Source: an uncultured Aliarcobacter sp. (GTDB lineage: Bacteria; Campylobacterota; Campylobacteria; Campylobacterales; Arcobacteraceae). Taken from it: a DNA stretch of 64,000 nucleotides. The position numbers and the translations under genes are program-made. Location: NCBI GenBank assembly GCA_963664305.2, contig CAXXLV010000002.1:864001-928000 (forward strand), read 5' to 3'. The stretch's first letter is position 1, and each line of letters begins with the position of its first letter. The notes below the pieces were generated by a model. The model was not told the DNA's origin. It did no database searches and worked only from the letters and a program-made list of their open reading frames with translations. Below, in pieces: positions 1-10,468 of this stretch.

Positions 1-1450
1 CACCTAAAATCTCTTTTTTGTGAATTGAAGCTCTATTTTCTTCTTTTTCTTCAGGTAGTTTCATAATTTTATCAAGCATTACATAAGAAGCTTTTGCTTG
101 TTCATAACTACTAATTAATGAAGCAAATTGTCCCATTGGAACTATTGCTCTTGATGATAAAATAACGGCAGCTATTAATCCACCAAGAGTTAAATCATTA
201 TTTGATATTAAATACACACCAACAATAACAACAACCACTGTAGAAAATTGAACTAAAAAACTATTTACATTTGAAATTGAAGTTGTCAGCATTTTTGTTA
301 CTAATGCTTTTTTTGAAATATCAGCCGTTGTTTCTTCCCATTTCCATCTAAGATGTCCAGAAGCACCTAATCCTTTTATTGTTTCTAAAGCATTTAAACT
401 TTCAATTAATATTCCATTTTTATGAGATATTGCTTCATTTGAAGATTCTATACTTTTAAAAAGAGGTTTTTTTATTATTACTGAATAAAGTAAAATTAAA
501 AAAATGAATAAAATAGGAACTAAAACAATACTTCCAGAGATATAAAAAATAGCAACCAAAAATAAAACTACAAAAGGTAAATCAACTAAAACAGCAATAG
601 TAGAACTTGAAAAAAAGTTTTTTATCTGTTCAAAATCTTTTATATTATTTGCAAAACTTCCAGTATATTTTGGTTTATTTGAAAGTTTCATATTTAAAAT
701 TTTGTCAAAAATTTTAGAAGAAACTATAATATCAATCTTTTTTGAAACTAAATCAATATAATAAGCTCTTATAAACTTTACAATAAAATCAAAAATATAA
801 ATAACAACTATTCCAATAGACATTGCCCAAAGTGTTTCTTGAGCAAAATTTGGAACAACTCTATCATATATATTCATAATATAAAATGGAGAAAATAACA
901 CAAAAATATTAATCAAAATAGAACTAATTATAATATCTTTATATACAGAGATATTTTTTCTAATTGTTCCAAAAAACCAATGTTTACTATCTTTATTTAA
1001 AGTATATGCTTCAACTTCTGATTCAAAATACTCTTTTTTTAAAACTATTAATTTATTAGCATAGTACTCTTTAAAAAAAGAAAAATCTAATTCCTCTTTA
1101 CAATCAGGCACGTCTTCATTTAAAACTAAAATCTTTTGATTTTCTAAATCTATTTTTTCTATTATTATTGTTGTATCATTTTTTAATATTGCAATTGCAG
1201 GAAGAAGCAAAGGATTTATCTCTTCAAATTTTTTTTCTAAAATTTTTGATTTAAATCCAGCTTTGTGAGCAAGTGAAACTAATAGAGGTTCACCTTTATA
1301 AATTGAAAATAAATCAGGAATTGATTCATCTGCTTTTAGTGGAAACCCTTCTATTAAACTATTTTCACTTATTGTTCTATGATAATTTTTAAAGAAGTAA
1401 AGTAAATTTTTAAATAATGACTCTGATAAAACTCTATTCTCTTTTTCCAT
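1..1450 (-). CDS. Type I secretion system permease/ATPase (LapB/LssB-like), 3' part beyond the window start
   Basis: Not in ORF track; read manually from ATG at 1450 (MEKENRVLSESLFKNLLYFFK...LLPAIAILK) through ABC transmembrane motifs (MNIYDRVVPNFAQETLWAMSIG, VDLPFVVLFL, GGLIAAVILSSRAIVPMGQ); directly downstream of TolC. Confidence 0.9.
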   Translation of the reverse strand, partial: MEKENRVLSESLFKNLLYFFKNYHRTISENSLIEGFPLKADESIPDLFSIYKGEPLLVSLAHKAGFKSKILEKKFEEINPLLLPAIAILKNDTTIIIEKIDLENQKILVLNEDVPDCKEELDFSFFKEYYANKLIVLKKEYFESEVEAYTLNKDSKHWFFGTIRKNISVYKDIIISSILINIFVLFSPFYIMNIYDRVVPNFAQETLWAMSIGIVVIYIFDFIVKFIRAYYIDLVSKKIDIIVSSKIFDKILNMKLSNKPKYTGSFANNIKDFEQIKNFFSSSTIAVLVDLPFVVLFLVAIFYISGSIVLVPILFIFLILLYSVIIKKPLFKSIESSNEAISHKNGILIESLNALETIKGLGASGHLRWKWEETTADISKKALVTKMLTTSISNVNSFLVQFSTVVVVIVGVYLISNNDLTLGGLIAAVILSSRAIVPMGQFASLISSYEQAKASYVMLDKIMKLPEEKEENRASIHKKEILG

Positions 1451-1470
1451 CTCTACTTCTTTCTTTTTAA

Positions 1471-2799
1471 TTAATCTACATATTTTTTATTTGAAAGACT
1501 TTTATCTATATCACTAATATAAGATTGATATAAGTCACCTGTTGCATCTAATATTCTATATTTTGAAGTTAAAATATCATATTGATTATTAATTAATTGC
1601 ATTTTAATACTATTAATCTCATCTTGAATATCTAATAAATCTATTAAAGTCACTCTTCCTAACTTAAACTCTTCAAAATATGCTTCTTTACTAGCTTCTG
1701 TATATTTTTGATAATCTTTTTGATAATCTAACTGTTTTGTTAACATTTCATAACTATTCCAAGCTAAATCTAAAGATTCTTTTAAATCTGAAATCAATTT
1801 ATTTTTGTGTGCATATTCATAATTTAAAAGTTTTCTATATTTTTCTTTTTCAGCTGAATCACTACCACCATTATATAGATTATAATTCATTACAATCATA
1901 GCACTATTATCTTGTTCTTTATCATCAGTAGAACTATTTTTATTTACATATCTAGCTGTTTCTAACTCTAAATCGATTGTTGGATAATCTTTTCTTTTTA
2001 CATAACCAATATTCTCTTTTGCAACTTGAATATCATGATTTGAAACGATAATTGAAGGGTTATTTTCAACAGCTGTTTTCATAGCCTCTTCTTTATTTTT
2101 TGGTAATTCATATTTAAATTCTGGAGCTACTAGATTTTGAATATCAATACTTTTTCCTAAAGCTTTTTCAAACTTGATTTTTGCATCTACAAAGTTACTT
2201 TTTGCTGAAATATTATTTGAAATTGCTAAAGATAATCTTCCTTTAACCCTTTCAATTTCACTAACTTTTCCATAACCTTTTTCATATCTTTCTTCAATCT
2301 TTTCTTTTATTTTTTCATGAACTTTGATATTTTCTTCTGTAATTAAATACATATTGTAATATTTAATATAATCAATATAAGATTTAATTGCCTCTTTCAT
2401 CTTTTCTTGAGTTACTTCTAAATATTTGTAATAAGCAGCTTTTACTCTCTCTTCATCTCTATTTGTTGCATGTTCTGTCCCAAAACCATTAAAAAGATTT
2501 TGAGTTAATTTTAAAGAAGCTTCAGAAGCATCATAATTATCTTTAGCAGTTGGGTCCCAAGTTTTTGTATCTTTTTTACCTGATTTTGCAGTTAAATCAA
2601 GTGTTGGTAAGTATCCTGATTTTGACATATCAACTTCATGAACTATAGATTCATACTGGTGTAATCTTTCTTGAACAGCAGGGTCATTTTGGATTACTTC
2701 ATTTAACATTTCATCTAATGTAAATCTATCATTTGCATTTGCACATGAAACTAATAATGATGCTAAAACTATACTTTTTAAAAATTTTTTATTAAACAT
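1471..2799 (-). CDS. TolC-family type I secretion outer membrane protein (LapE/AggA-like)
   Basis: Signal peptide, SGYLPTLDL, QNLFNGF, NLYNGG and GRVTLIDLLD motifs; lies between adhesin and ABC transporter. Confidence 0.92.
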   Translation of the reverse strand: MFNKKFLKSIVLASLLVSCANANDRFTLDEMLNEVIQNDPAVQERLHQYESIVHEVDMSKSGYLPTLDLTAKSGKKDTKTWDPTAKDNYDASEASLKLTQNLFNGFGTEHATNRDEERVKAAYYKYLEVTQEKMKEAIKSYIDYIKYYNMYLITEENIKVHEKIKEKIEERYEKGYGKVSEIERVKGRLSLAISNNISAKSNFVDAKIKFEKALGKSIDIQNLVAPEFKYELPKNKEEAMKTAVENNPSIIVSNHDIQVAKENIGYVKRKDYPTIDLELETARYVNKNSSTDDKEQDNSAMIVMNYNLYNGGSDSAEKEKYRKLLNYEYAHKNKLISDLKESLDLAWNSYEMLTKQLDYQKDYQKYTEASKEAYFEEFKLGRVTLIDLLDIQDEINSIKMQLINNQYDILTSKYRILDATGDLYQSYISDIDKSLSNKKYVD

Positions 2800-2821
2800 T
2801 TTATTTTCCTTTTTTTATTTC

Positions 2822-5800
2822 TTAAATTAAACCACTAACTGTGATATCTTTATCAATTTTTAAAGACACTGAATTATCACCACTATTTACGTAAGTTTTA
2901 AACCCTTCTGTATCTATATTTCCATTTGTTGACCAATTTCCACCTGTATTATCTAAACTTACTGTATCCCCTGTATCTCCAAGTATTTTTAATAAATTAT
3001 TACTACTTGTAATATCAATTACATCTTGAAATGCTATATTTGACAAATCATTTGTAGCAGATGAATTTGTCATATCTATCTCTTCTATATTATTAATATC
3101 ATTTGTGTATGTTGCAAAATCTATATCAATTCCAGCATCTAAAATTAAAGTATCAGTTCCTGTTCCTCCATCAATAACTTTGTCAGTTGAATCAAAAACT
3201 ATTTTGCTATCTAATTCATAATCCAATGAAGTATTAACTGTTCCATTTCCAACTGTAATTGTTGTTAAACCACTATCATTATCACCATCTGCATCAGTAA
3301 TATCATAAGCATATTTCATCTCAAAAGTATCGTTATAATTTATACTTCCAATTGATTCAATTCCTAATTTAAATGAACTATTATTCCCTGCTAAAAATTC
3401 AACTCCAATAATTGGGTCACCATTTGAACTTCTAACTGTATATTCTAAATCAGGAGTATAAAAGCTATCATCTGTAAGAAGAATATTTTCTCTTCCATTT
3501 GTTGTAATAACAGTGATAAATAACTCATCTCCAGATTTTTCACTTCCAAAGTTGAATAATTTTATATTTATTTCTGAAATTTCATTTTTAGTTGTAGTAA
3601 TTCCATCATAAGTAGCTATTGTATTAAAATCAAAAATTAGTTGTTGACCAGCATTCATATTATTACTATCAACACCGATATAATAATTATTTGTGTTTAC
3701 AGTATGCTCTGCATCACTATCATTTAAATCACTTAAACTATCTTCTATTAAATTATGTGCTGTTACTAAAGCATCTACAACTACTGTTGAGTTAGTAGAA
3801 GATTGAGTGAATTGGAAAATTCTATAATCTTGATTTCCACCACCTGGTAATAAAATATCACCATCAATCATATTTACAACTCCAAGAAGTGTACTTCCTT
3901 GTGTATAGTTTAATGTTGTTCCATTTGAATCAGCCATAGTAATAGTTGTTTTAAAGATTTCTGTAGTTCCATTATCAATAGTTCCTGTTACAGTGTGATT
4001 TACATTATCATAAGTGATAACTACTTTTTGACCATTTGCATAAAGTTCTGGAATTCTTGTATTTGCAACATCCCAAGAAAATAGATTTGTACCATCACCA
4101 TAAGTTGTTGATATATTACTTCCATTTGTATTTACATTTCCATTTGTAACATGTAAAGTTTGATCTCCAATTAATGGTAATAGATTTGTATTATTAATAG
4201 TTACAGAATCTGTTGCATTTGGTGATGTTGAAGTTCCATCTATAGAATGTACAGTTGATGTTAAAGTAAAATTTGTTGATGTTGTAGTTATCTTTAATCC
4301 ACTTAATTGAGCTTGAGTAAATGTCCAAGTTCCATCATTATTATTTGTACCTTGATTAAATGTAGCACCAGTTGGAACTCCCGAAATAGTAACACTACTT
4401 AATGTTTCTGAACCATCAATATCTACAAGAGAATTAGAGATATTTACATCATATGTATAATTATTACTAGAATTTGATATTAAAGAAACATCATCTATTT
4501 TTATACTATTTCCTGTAAATACCAATGCATTGTAAGTTGTATCACTTCCTATTGTTGCACTTGCAGGTATAGTGAAAGTATAAGTTCCAGCAGATAATCC
4601 ACTTGCAATCACAACTTCAGTAGCTCCATTTGCAATATTTCCTATCCATGAAACTTTACCATCAGTTCCTGTTCCAGTTATTGTAAAAGTTACACTATAA
4701 GTTGCATTATCTTGAGCTAAAGGAACTCTAACATTTTGAATCATCCATTCGCCACTCAAAGATACACTTTTATCTGTCCCACTATCAACAACTTGAGTTA
4801 ATGTTTTATCTTGTGATGCTGTAATAGATTTTCCTGAATTTCCTGGAGATTGTTTCCCATACCAATTACCATCTGTTCCATTATTAGTACTTAAAGCAGA
4901 ATCTAAATTACCATTTATAAGTATATTTGTTCCTGTTGATAAAACTTTGTTACTTAAATTTATATTTATTATTGGCGTATCAGCATTTGCATTAACTGTT
5001 ACATTTGCAGTTCCTACAATTTCTAATCCACTTGCAACATTTGTTTTAATATATGTGAAACTATCACTTCCTGAAAAATCATTAGTTGGAGTATAAATCA
5101 AATTATTTCCACTTTGTGTAACTGTTCCATTTAAACCTTGACCTAAAATTGTATATGTATATTCAGATGTTGCAGTTAATGTAACACTATTTGATTGAGC
5201 AGAAAGATTAGTATCATCTCCATCTTCATAAACAGTTAAATTTACTTTATCTACTATTGTTGTAGTTGTTGATACATTTTTTGTTGATATTCCAGTATCT
5301 GTTGTTGATGCAATTAATGTAACCGTTTCATCTGGTTCTGTTGTATTATCATTTGTTGTTTGAGTTCTTATCAATACTGATGGAGTTGTTGTTAAACTTC
5401 CTGGTATTGTTACTGTAAAATTAGAAATTGTTTGCCAAGTTAATCCATCATCAGTTGAATATTCATAATTTTGAGAATAATCCACACCCCAACTTGCAGT
5501 TCCTGCTCCATTTAAAGTAACAATGGTATCTGTTGATTTTGGTGAACTTAAACTTAATTCAAATACTGCATAATCACCTTCATTTATATAAGGTTTTGTA
5601 TCTATTACTAAAGATGGATAATCATTTATTGTTGTACTTCCAGTTGCAGTTATATTTGCCATATCTGCATTTGAACCACCATTGATAGTTGCAGTCAAAG
5701 TTAAAGATTCTGCATCATCAGCAATACTATCAGTTAAAGTTTTTACTTTTATTTCAACAGAAGTTTGTCCTTGTAATAATGTAATTTTATTACTTGTAAC

Positions 5801-8767
5801 AACTTCCCAACTCCAACTTTGTCCATCATTTGCCCATTTTTTATAATATAAAGTATTGTCATAATCAGTTGAAGAATCAACTCCACCAATATTTAAATCT
5901 AATATTGTATTTTCATTTCTTGCTTCATCTAAACTAATAACAAATACAGCTGATTTTCCTTCATCAACAGGAAGTGGATTTGACACATTTAATGTATTTC
6001 CTATATCATAAGTAATTGTATTTGCATCATCGTCATAAGCTGTTCCATCATTAACTAAAAATTGGAAATTTGCATAAGGGATTCCAACTTCATTTGTGTC
6101 TGGTTTAAATACTAAATAACCATTATCAATAGCAGTTTTTGTGATTTCTTGATCTGTACTTACTTCAGTCCAAGAAGTTCCATCAAAATATAATAATTTC
6201 CCATTTGTTGCTAAAGATGTAATTTTTACTTTTGATAAACTATCTCCATCAACATCAGTAAATCCAAAATCACTTGAAGATAAAACATGAGTAGAATTTT
6301 TACCTAAAGATACTGTTTTATCAGCACCTTCTGGAATAGTGTTTGATTCTTTGATAGTTCCAATAGCTGTACCATCTAAAATAGAGCTTCCCGCTGAGTT
6401 ATTACTCAAAGTTACAGTAAATGTATCAATATCATTATCTGCATCAACAGGTACATTTAAAATAATTGTTTTATTTGTTTCACCTGGTAAAAAAGTAATA
6501 GTTCCACTTAATTGATTTGTACCTGCTGTAAAATCTCCACTTTCTGCACTATTTCCTGTTTCAATAGTAGCTGCATAATCTACTGTTTGATTAGCTTCTG
6601 CATCACCTATTCTTGAAACTACAAATGTAATAGTATTACTTGCACCTTCATATGCTTCTGCATCTGAAATTGAAAATTTAGTTCTATCATCATCTACAGA
6701 ACTATCACTATCATCTCCATCTGTCCCTGTTCCATTATCTGTGATTGTCCCTATTGCTGTATCTGAATCAGTAATGTAAGAAGAAGTAGCATTTGCAGAA
6801 AGAGTAAAAGTTTCGGCACCTTCGTAAATAGAATCACTAGTAGTTGGGATATTTACATTAAAGCTTGTTATTCCTGCTGGCAATGTAAATTTACCATTTA
6901 CATCTACACTTAGTGTTTGTGTTACATTTAATGAATCTACATATGTTACTGTCCAACTTGTTTTTGTTTGACTAAAATCATTATTCTCTGCACTTCCCAA
7001 ACTTGTGCTTAATGTTATCTCTTCTGCGTATTCACTTGCATTTGACAATGTCCCTACGAATACTAGTGTACTTCCTTCTTCTATTGTTGCATCACTCAAT
7101 GTTAATACTGGTTTATCATTATCCACAGAACTATCACTATCATCTCCATCTGTCCCTGTTCCATTATCTGTGATTGTCCCTATTGCTGTATCTGAATCAG
7201 TAATGTAAGAAGAAGTAGCATTAGCAGAAAGAGTAAAAGTTTCGGCACCTTCGTAAATAGAATCACTAGTAGTTGGAATATTTACATTAAAGCTTGTTAT
7301 TCCTGCTGGCAGTGTAAATTTACCATTTACATCTACACTTAATGTTTGTGTTACATTTAATGAATCTACATATGTTACTGTCCAACTTGTTTTTGTTTGA
7401 CTAAAATCATTACTCTCTGCACTTCCCAAACTTGTGCTTAATGTTATCTCTTCTGCGTATTCACTTGCATTTGACAATGTACCTACGAATACTATTGTAC
7501 TTCCCTCTTCCATTGTCGCATCACTCAATGTTAATACTGGTTTATCATTATCTACAGAATTATCACTATCATCTCCATCACTTCCACTTCCATTATCTGT
7601 GATTGTCCCTATTGCTGTATCTGAATCAGTAATGTAAGAAGAAGTAGCATTAGCAGAAAGAGTAAAAGTTTCGGCACCTTCGTAAATAGAATCACTAGTA
7701 GTTGGAATATTTACATTAAAGCTTGTTATTCCTGCTGGCAGTGTAAATTTACCATTTACATCTACACTTAATGTTTGTGTTACATTTAATGAATCTACAT
7801 ATGTTACTGTCCAACTTGTTTTTGTTTGACTAAAATCATTACTCTCTGCACTTCCCAAACTTGTGCTTAATGTTATCTCTTCTGCGTATTCACTTGCATT
7901 TGACAATGTACCTTCGAATACTATTGTACTTCCTTCTTCTATTGTTGCATCACTCAATGTTAATACTGGTTTATCATCATCTACAATTGTTCCAACACCT
8001 GAAACTGTTGAATTCATAAACTCTGTTTTCCCATTTAATCTAAATGTTTCATTTCCTTCAACATGCGTGTCATTAGTTGTCCCAATTTCAACTTTTAATG
8101 ATGTTTCACCAGTTGGAACTGTATAACTACCATCACTATTTTTATTAATTACATTACCTTTGGAATCTTTAACAATTATATTTGGATTTATATCAGTAGA
8201 ATCTGCTGTTTCATTTGTAGTCGGGAAAAAGTTAACTTTAAATGGTTTATTAGAAGCTTTATCAAAATTTACAGTAAATATTGCTGTATTTCCTTCTGTT
8301 ACTGTAACATTTGATATAGACATAGTTGTTTTTATAACTTCTTCAACTTGTGTTGGTTTAGTCTCTGTTCTAGGCTTTTCATCTTTATATTCATAAATAG
8401 TTTCTCTTAAATCCGCTTCAACATTACCTTCTAAGTTGTTTTTTTCAACAATCCTTGATTGTGTAGCATCAGACATAGGATTTCTTAAACTAGCATTTAC
8501 ATCACCATCTAAATCATTTTTTCTAACAATTCTAACTTTTAATGCATCATTATTACTTGTTGTACTAATTGTTGAATCATTTTGGGAAGCTTGATTATCA
8601 ATTTGCGTTTTTTGTTCATCATTTGTTTTTTCTAACGATGTTATATTTACATTATTTTCTAATTCATCAATCTGTGTTAAAAATTGTTGAATTTCCATTA
8701 AAATTTCATTATTTGGCATGTTTTGAGCTATTGTTTTATTTGATAATTCTTCTTGATTCTCAAGCAT
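2822..8767 (-). CDS. Large T1SS-secreted repetitive adhesin (Calx-beta/Ig-like repeats, RTX-like C-terminus)
   Basis: 1981 aa, T/S/D/N-rich, Calx-beta-like units (EGAETFTLSA...AIGTITD), C-terminal GGTGTDTLIL nonapeptide and NIEEIDM motif; first gene of the T1SS operon. Confidence 0.9.
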   Translation of the reverse strand: MLENQEELSNKTIAQNMPNNEILMEIQQFLTQIDELENNVNITSLEKTNDEQKTQIDNQASQNDSTISTTSNNDALKVRIVRKNDLDGDVNASLRNPMSDATQSRIVEKNNLEGNVEADLRETIYEYKDEKPRTETKPTQVEEVIKTTMSISNVTVTEGNTAIFTVNFDKASNKPFKVNFFPTTNETADSTDINPNIIVKDSKGNVINKNSDGSYTVPTGETSLKVEIGTTNDTHVEGNETFRLNGKTEFMNSTVSGVGTIVDDDKPVLTLSDATIEEGSTIVFEGTLSNASEYAEEITLSTSLGSAESNDFSQTKTSWTVTYVDSLNVTQTLSVDVNGKFTLPAGITSFNVNIPTTSDSIYEGAETFTLSANATSSYITDSDTAIGTITDNGSGSDGDDSDNSVDNDKPVLTLSDATMEEGSTIVFVGTLSNASEYAEEITLSTSLGSAESNDFSQTKTSWTVTYVDSLNVTQTLSVDVNGKFTLPAGITSFNVNIPTTSDSIYEGAETFTLSANATSSYITDSDTAIGTITDNGTGTDGDDSDSSVDNDKPVLTLSDATIEEGSTLVFVGTLSNASEYAEEITLSTSLGSAENNDFSQTKTSWTVTYVDSLNVTQTLSVDVNGKFTLPAGITSFNVNIPTTSDSIYEGAETFTLSANATSSYITDSDTAIGTITDNGTGTDGDDSDSSVDDDRTKFSISDAEAYEGASNTITFVVSRIGDAEANQTVDYAATIETGNSAESGDFTAGTNQLSGTITFLPGETNKTIILNVPVDADNDIDTFTVTLSNNSAGSSILDGTAIGTIKESNTIPEGADKTVSLGKNSTHVLSSSDFGFTDVDGDSLSKVKITSLATNGKLLYFDGTSWTEVSTDQEITKTAIDNGYLVFKPDTNEVGIPYANFQFLVNDGTAYDDDANTITYDIGNTLNVSNPLPVDEGKSAVFVISLDEARNENTILDLNIGGVDSSTDYDNTLYYKKWANDGQSWSWEVVTSNKITLLQGQTSVEIKVKTLTDSIADDAESLTLTATINGGSNADMANITATGSTTINDYPSLVIDTKPYINEGDYAVFELSLSSPKSTDTIVTLNGAGTASWGVDYSQNYEYSTDDGLTWQTISNFTVTIPGSLTTTPSVLIRTQTTNDNTTEPDETVTLIASTTDTGISTKNVSTTTTIVDKVNLTVYEDGDDTNLSAQSNSVTLTATSEYTYTILGQGLNGTVTQSGNNLIYTPTNDFSGSDSFTYIKTNVASGLEIVGTANVTVNANADTPIININLSNKVLSTGTNILINGNLDSALSTNNGTDGNWYGKQSPGNSGKSITASQDKTLTQVVDSGTDKSVSLSGEWMIQNVRVPLAQDNATYSVTFTITGTGTDGKVSWIGNIANGATEVVIASGLSAGTYTFTIPASATIGSDTTYNALVFTGNSIKIDDVSLISNSSNNYTYDVNISNSLVDIDGSETLSSVTISGVPTGATFNQGTNNNDGTWTFTQAQLSGLKITTTSTNFTLTSTVHSIDGTSTSPNATDSVTINNTNLLPLIGDQTLHVTNGNVNTNGSNISTTYGDGTNLFSWDVANTRIPELYANGQKVVITYDNVNHTVTGTIDNGTTEIFKTTITMADSNGTTLNYTQGSTLLGVVNMIDGDILLPGGGNQDYRIFQFTQSSTNSTVVVDALVTAHNLIEDSLSDLNDSDAEHTVNTNNYYIGVDSNNMNAGQQLIFDFNTIATYDGITTTKNEISEINIKLFNFGSEKSGDELFITVITTNGRENILLTDDSFYTPDLEYTVRSSNGDPIIGVEFLAGNNSSFKLGIESIGSINYNDTFEMKYAYDITDADGDNDSGLTTITVGNGTVNTSLDYELDSKIVFDSTDKVIDGGTGTDTLILDAGIDIDFATYTNDINNIEEIDMTNSSATNDLSNIAFQDVIDITSSNNLLKILGDTGDTVSLDNTGGNWSTNGNIDTEGFKTYVNSGDNSVSLKIDKDITVSGLI
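6685..7985. repeat. Three near-identical 429-bp (143-aa) tandem repeats inside the adhesin gene
   Basis: Period 429 visible directly (equivalent positions 7005, 7434, 7863); protein unit DKPVLTLSDA...DGDDSDxSVD. Confidence 0.95.
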
Positions 8768-9101
8768 TATTTAACCCTTTATTTATTTTTATGATTATAA
8801 TTTAGAACAGTATTATAAAAATATCATTTTTTAGAAAAAACATATCAGATAGATACATATTGACCGTTATAATTTGGCGCGAATATATCTTAAAGTAAAT
8901 AACTAATTTACTTATTTTATTAACAAATTTTATTGGGGATAAAATAGATGGTTTTTAGTAGATTTATAGTTATATTTATAGAATAAAATAATTTGTAATT
9001 CGAATAAATTTTAATATCAAAAAATATAAATTTTTGATTTATATTAAAAATAAAAGATTTTTTATAGTTGAGATTTTGTTTATATTTTTAAATGTATAAT
9101 G

Positions 9102-9148
9102 ATGGCGACCCCAGCAAGATTCGAACTTGCGTGTTCTGGAGGAAATCC
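9102..9148. repeat. Left att site: 47-bp copy of the tRNA-Glu 3' portion
   Basis: atggcgaccccagcaagattcgaacttgcgtgttctggaggaaatcc is identical to 30950-30996. Confidence 0.97.
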
Positions 9149-9225
9149 TAAACTATAAATATTTCCAATAATCCTTAAATATTAAAATACTCAATAAATA
9201 GCCTATTTATAGGCTTTATGTAAAC

Positions 9226-9254
9226 TTGACAAATTCAAATAATCTCTATAAAAT
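9226..9254 (+). promoter_or_regulatory. Sigma70-type promoter of integrase
   Basis: TTGACA (9226-9231), 17-bp spacer, TAAAAT (9249-9254), 30 bp upstream of the GTG start. Confidence 0.65.
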
Positions 9255-9270
9255 TCAATATTATTATTCT

Positions 9271-9291
9271 AAGGTGGGAAATAAGTGGGAA
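9271..9291 (+). repeat. Putative integrase arm-type binding site (tandem GTGGGAA), left copy
   Basis: aaggtgggaaataagtgggaa is identical to 30879-30899 and overlaps the integrase RBS/GTG start. Confidence 0.7.
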
Positions 9292-10418
9292 ATATTGAAG
9301 CTAAAACAATCAATTATTCTAAAAGATTTAATACCAAATTTAATGGTGTGTTTTATAGAGAATCTATAACAAATGATAAACTAGATAAAACATATTATAT
9401 CAGATACAAAGATAAAGACAATAAAGATAAAGAAATAAAAATAGGCAAATATTCTGAGGGATTTAGAGAAAATTATTGTAATCAATTAAGAAATGAAATT
9501 ATAACAAAACAAAGAATTGGTGAAGAGCCTCCTGCTGCTGCAAGAAATAAAAGAAAAAAAATATTATCAATAGAAACTATTTCAGAAAACTATTTTTCTG
9601 AAAGAAAAGAGGGACAAAATAAAGGGACAGATAAATCAAATTTTAAAAACTATATTCTACCCTACTTTAAGAATCTTGATTTTGAAAACATATCTAAAGA
9701 TGATATACAAGTATTTACAAATCAATTAAAGAAAACAAAATCATTAATAAAAAAAGACCTTATTTCAGATAAAACAATAAACAATATTTTAAACTTTTTA
9801 AAAGCTCTGATTAAATACGCATTTAGAAATGACTATATCAAAAATGATTTTTCAAAATATATTCAATTATTAGAGATAGATAATGCTCGAGAAAGATTTT
9901 TAACTAAAGATGAGATAAAACAGTTATTTGAATATTCGAAAGATGATGAGACCCTTTATTTACTCTTTAAACTAGCATTAAATACTGGAGGAAGATTAGC
10001 AACACTATTAAATATCCATAAAAAAGATATTGATTTTACACATGATTTAATAACACTAAAAGACTTCAAAAATAATAGTACATATAAAGCTTTTTTAACT
10101 GATGATTTAAAAGAGCTTCTAGAGAAAAGAGTAAATTCTTTAAAACCAAATGATATGCTTTTTACATCAAATCCAGAAAGAAGATTAAGAGCTAAACTAG
10201 ATGAACTTTTTAACAAAGATATCAATGACAACGATAGAAAAAATAAAATTGTATTTCACTCTTTAAGACATACTTTTGCGAGTCATTTAGCTATTAATGG
10301 AACACCTATTTTCACAATTCAAAAACTTATGAATCATAAAGATATAAGAATGACTTTGAGATATGCTAAATTAAGTCCTGATAGTGGTAGAGAAGCTGTT
10401 AAGAACTTAAGATTATAA
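9285..10418 (+). CDS. Tyrosine recombinase / phage-type integrase
   Basis: Catalytic residues in TGGR, HSLRH, MNH and LRY motifs; adjacent to att site. Confidence 0.95.
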   Translation: MGNIEAKTINYSKRFNTKFNGVFYRESITNDKLDKTYYIRYKDKDNKDKEIKIGKYSEGFRENYCNQLRNEIITKQRIGEEPPAAARNKRKKILSIETISENYFSERKEGQNKGTDKSNFKNYILPYFKNLDFENISKDDIQVFTNQLKKTKSLIKKDLISDKTINNILNFLKALIKYAFRNDYIKNDFSKYIQLLEIDNARERFLTKDEIKQLFEYSKDDETLYLLFKLALNTGGRLATLLNIHKKDIDFTHDLITLKDFKNNSTYKAFLTDDLKELLEKRVNSLKPNDMLFTSNPERRLRAKLDELFNKDINDNDRKNKIVFHSLRHTFASHLAINGTPIFTIQKLMNHKDIRMTLRYAKLSPDSGREAVKNLRL

Positions 10419-10468
10419 ACTATAAAAAAGAATAAATTTAAAATTTATCTTTTAAATTAATTATTCTT

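Noticed and set aside
6685..7985. Repeat array considered as CRISPR
   Set aside because: 429-bp in-frame coding repeats with no spacers and no cas genes; no CRISPR array seen anywhere in the window
7005..8805. Plus-strand ORFs of 67-87 aa, three of them repeated
   Set aside because: Antisense shadows of the adhesin gene and its tandem repeats
8874..8890. TGGCGC as a sigma54 promoter
   Set aside because: No TTGC at -12 and wrong orientation for the adhesin gene
9102..9148. Second tRNA gene
   Set aside because: Only the 3' 46 nt of the tRNA are present; it is the att duplication
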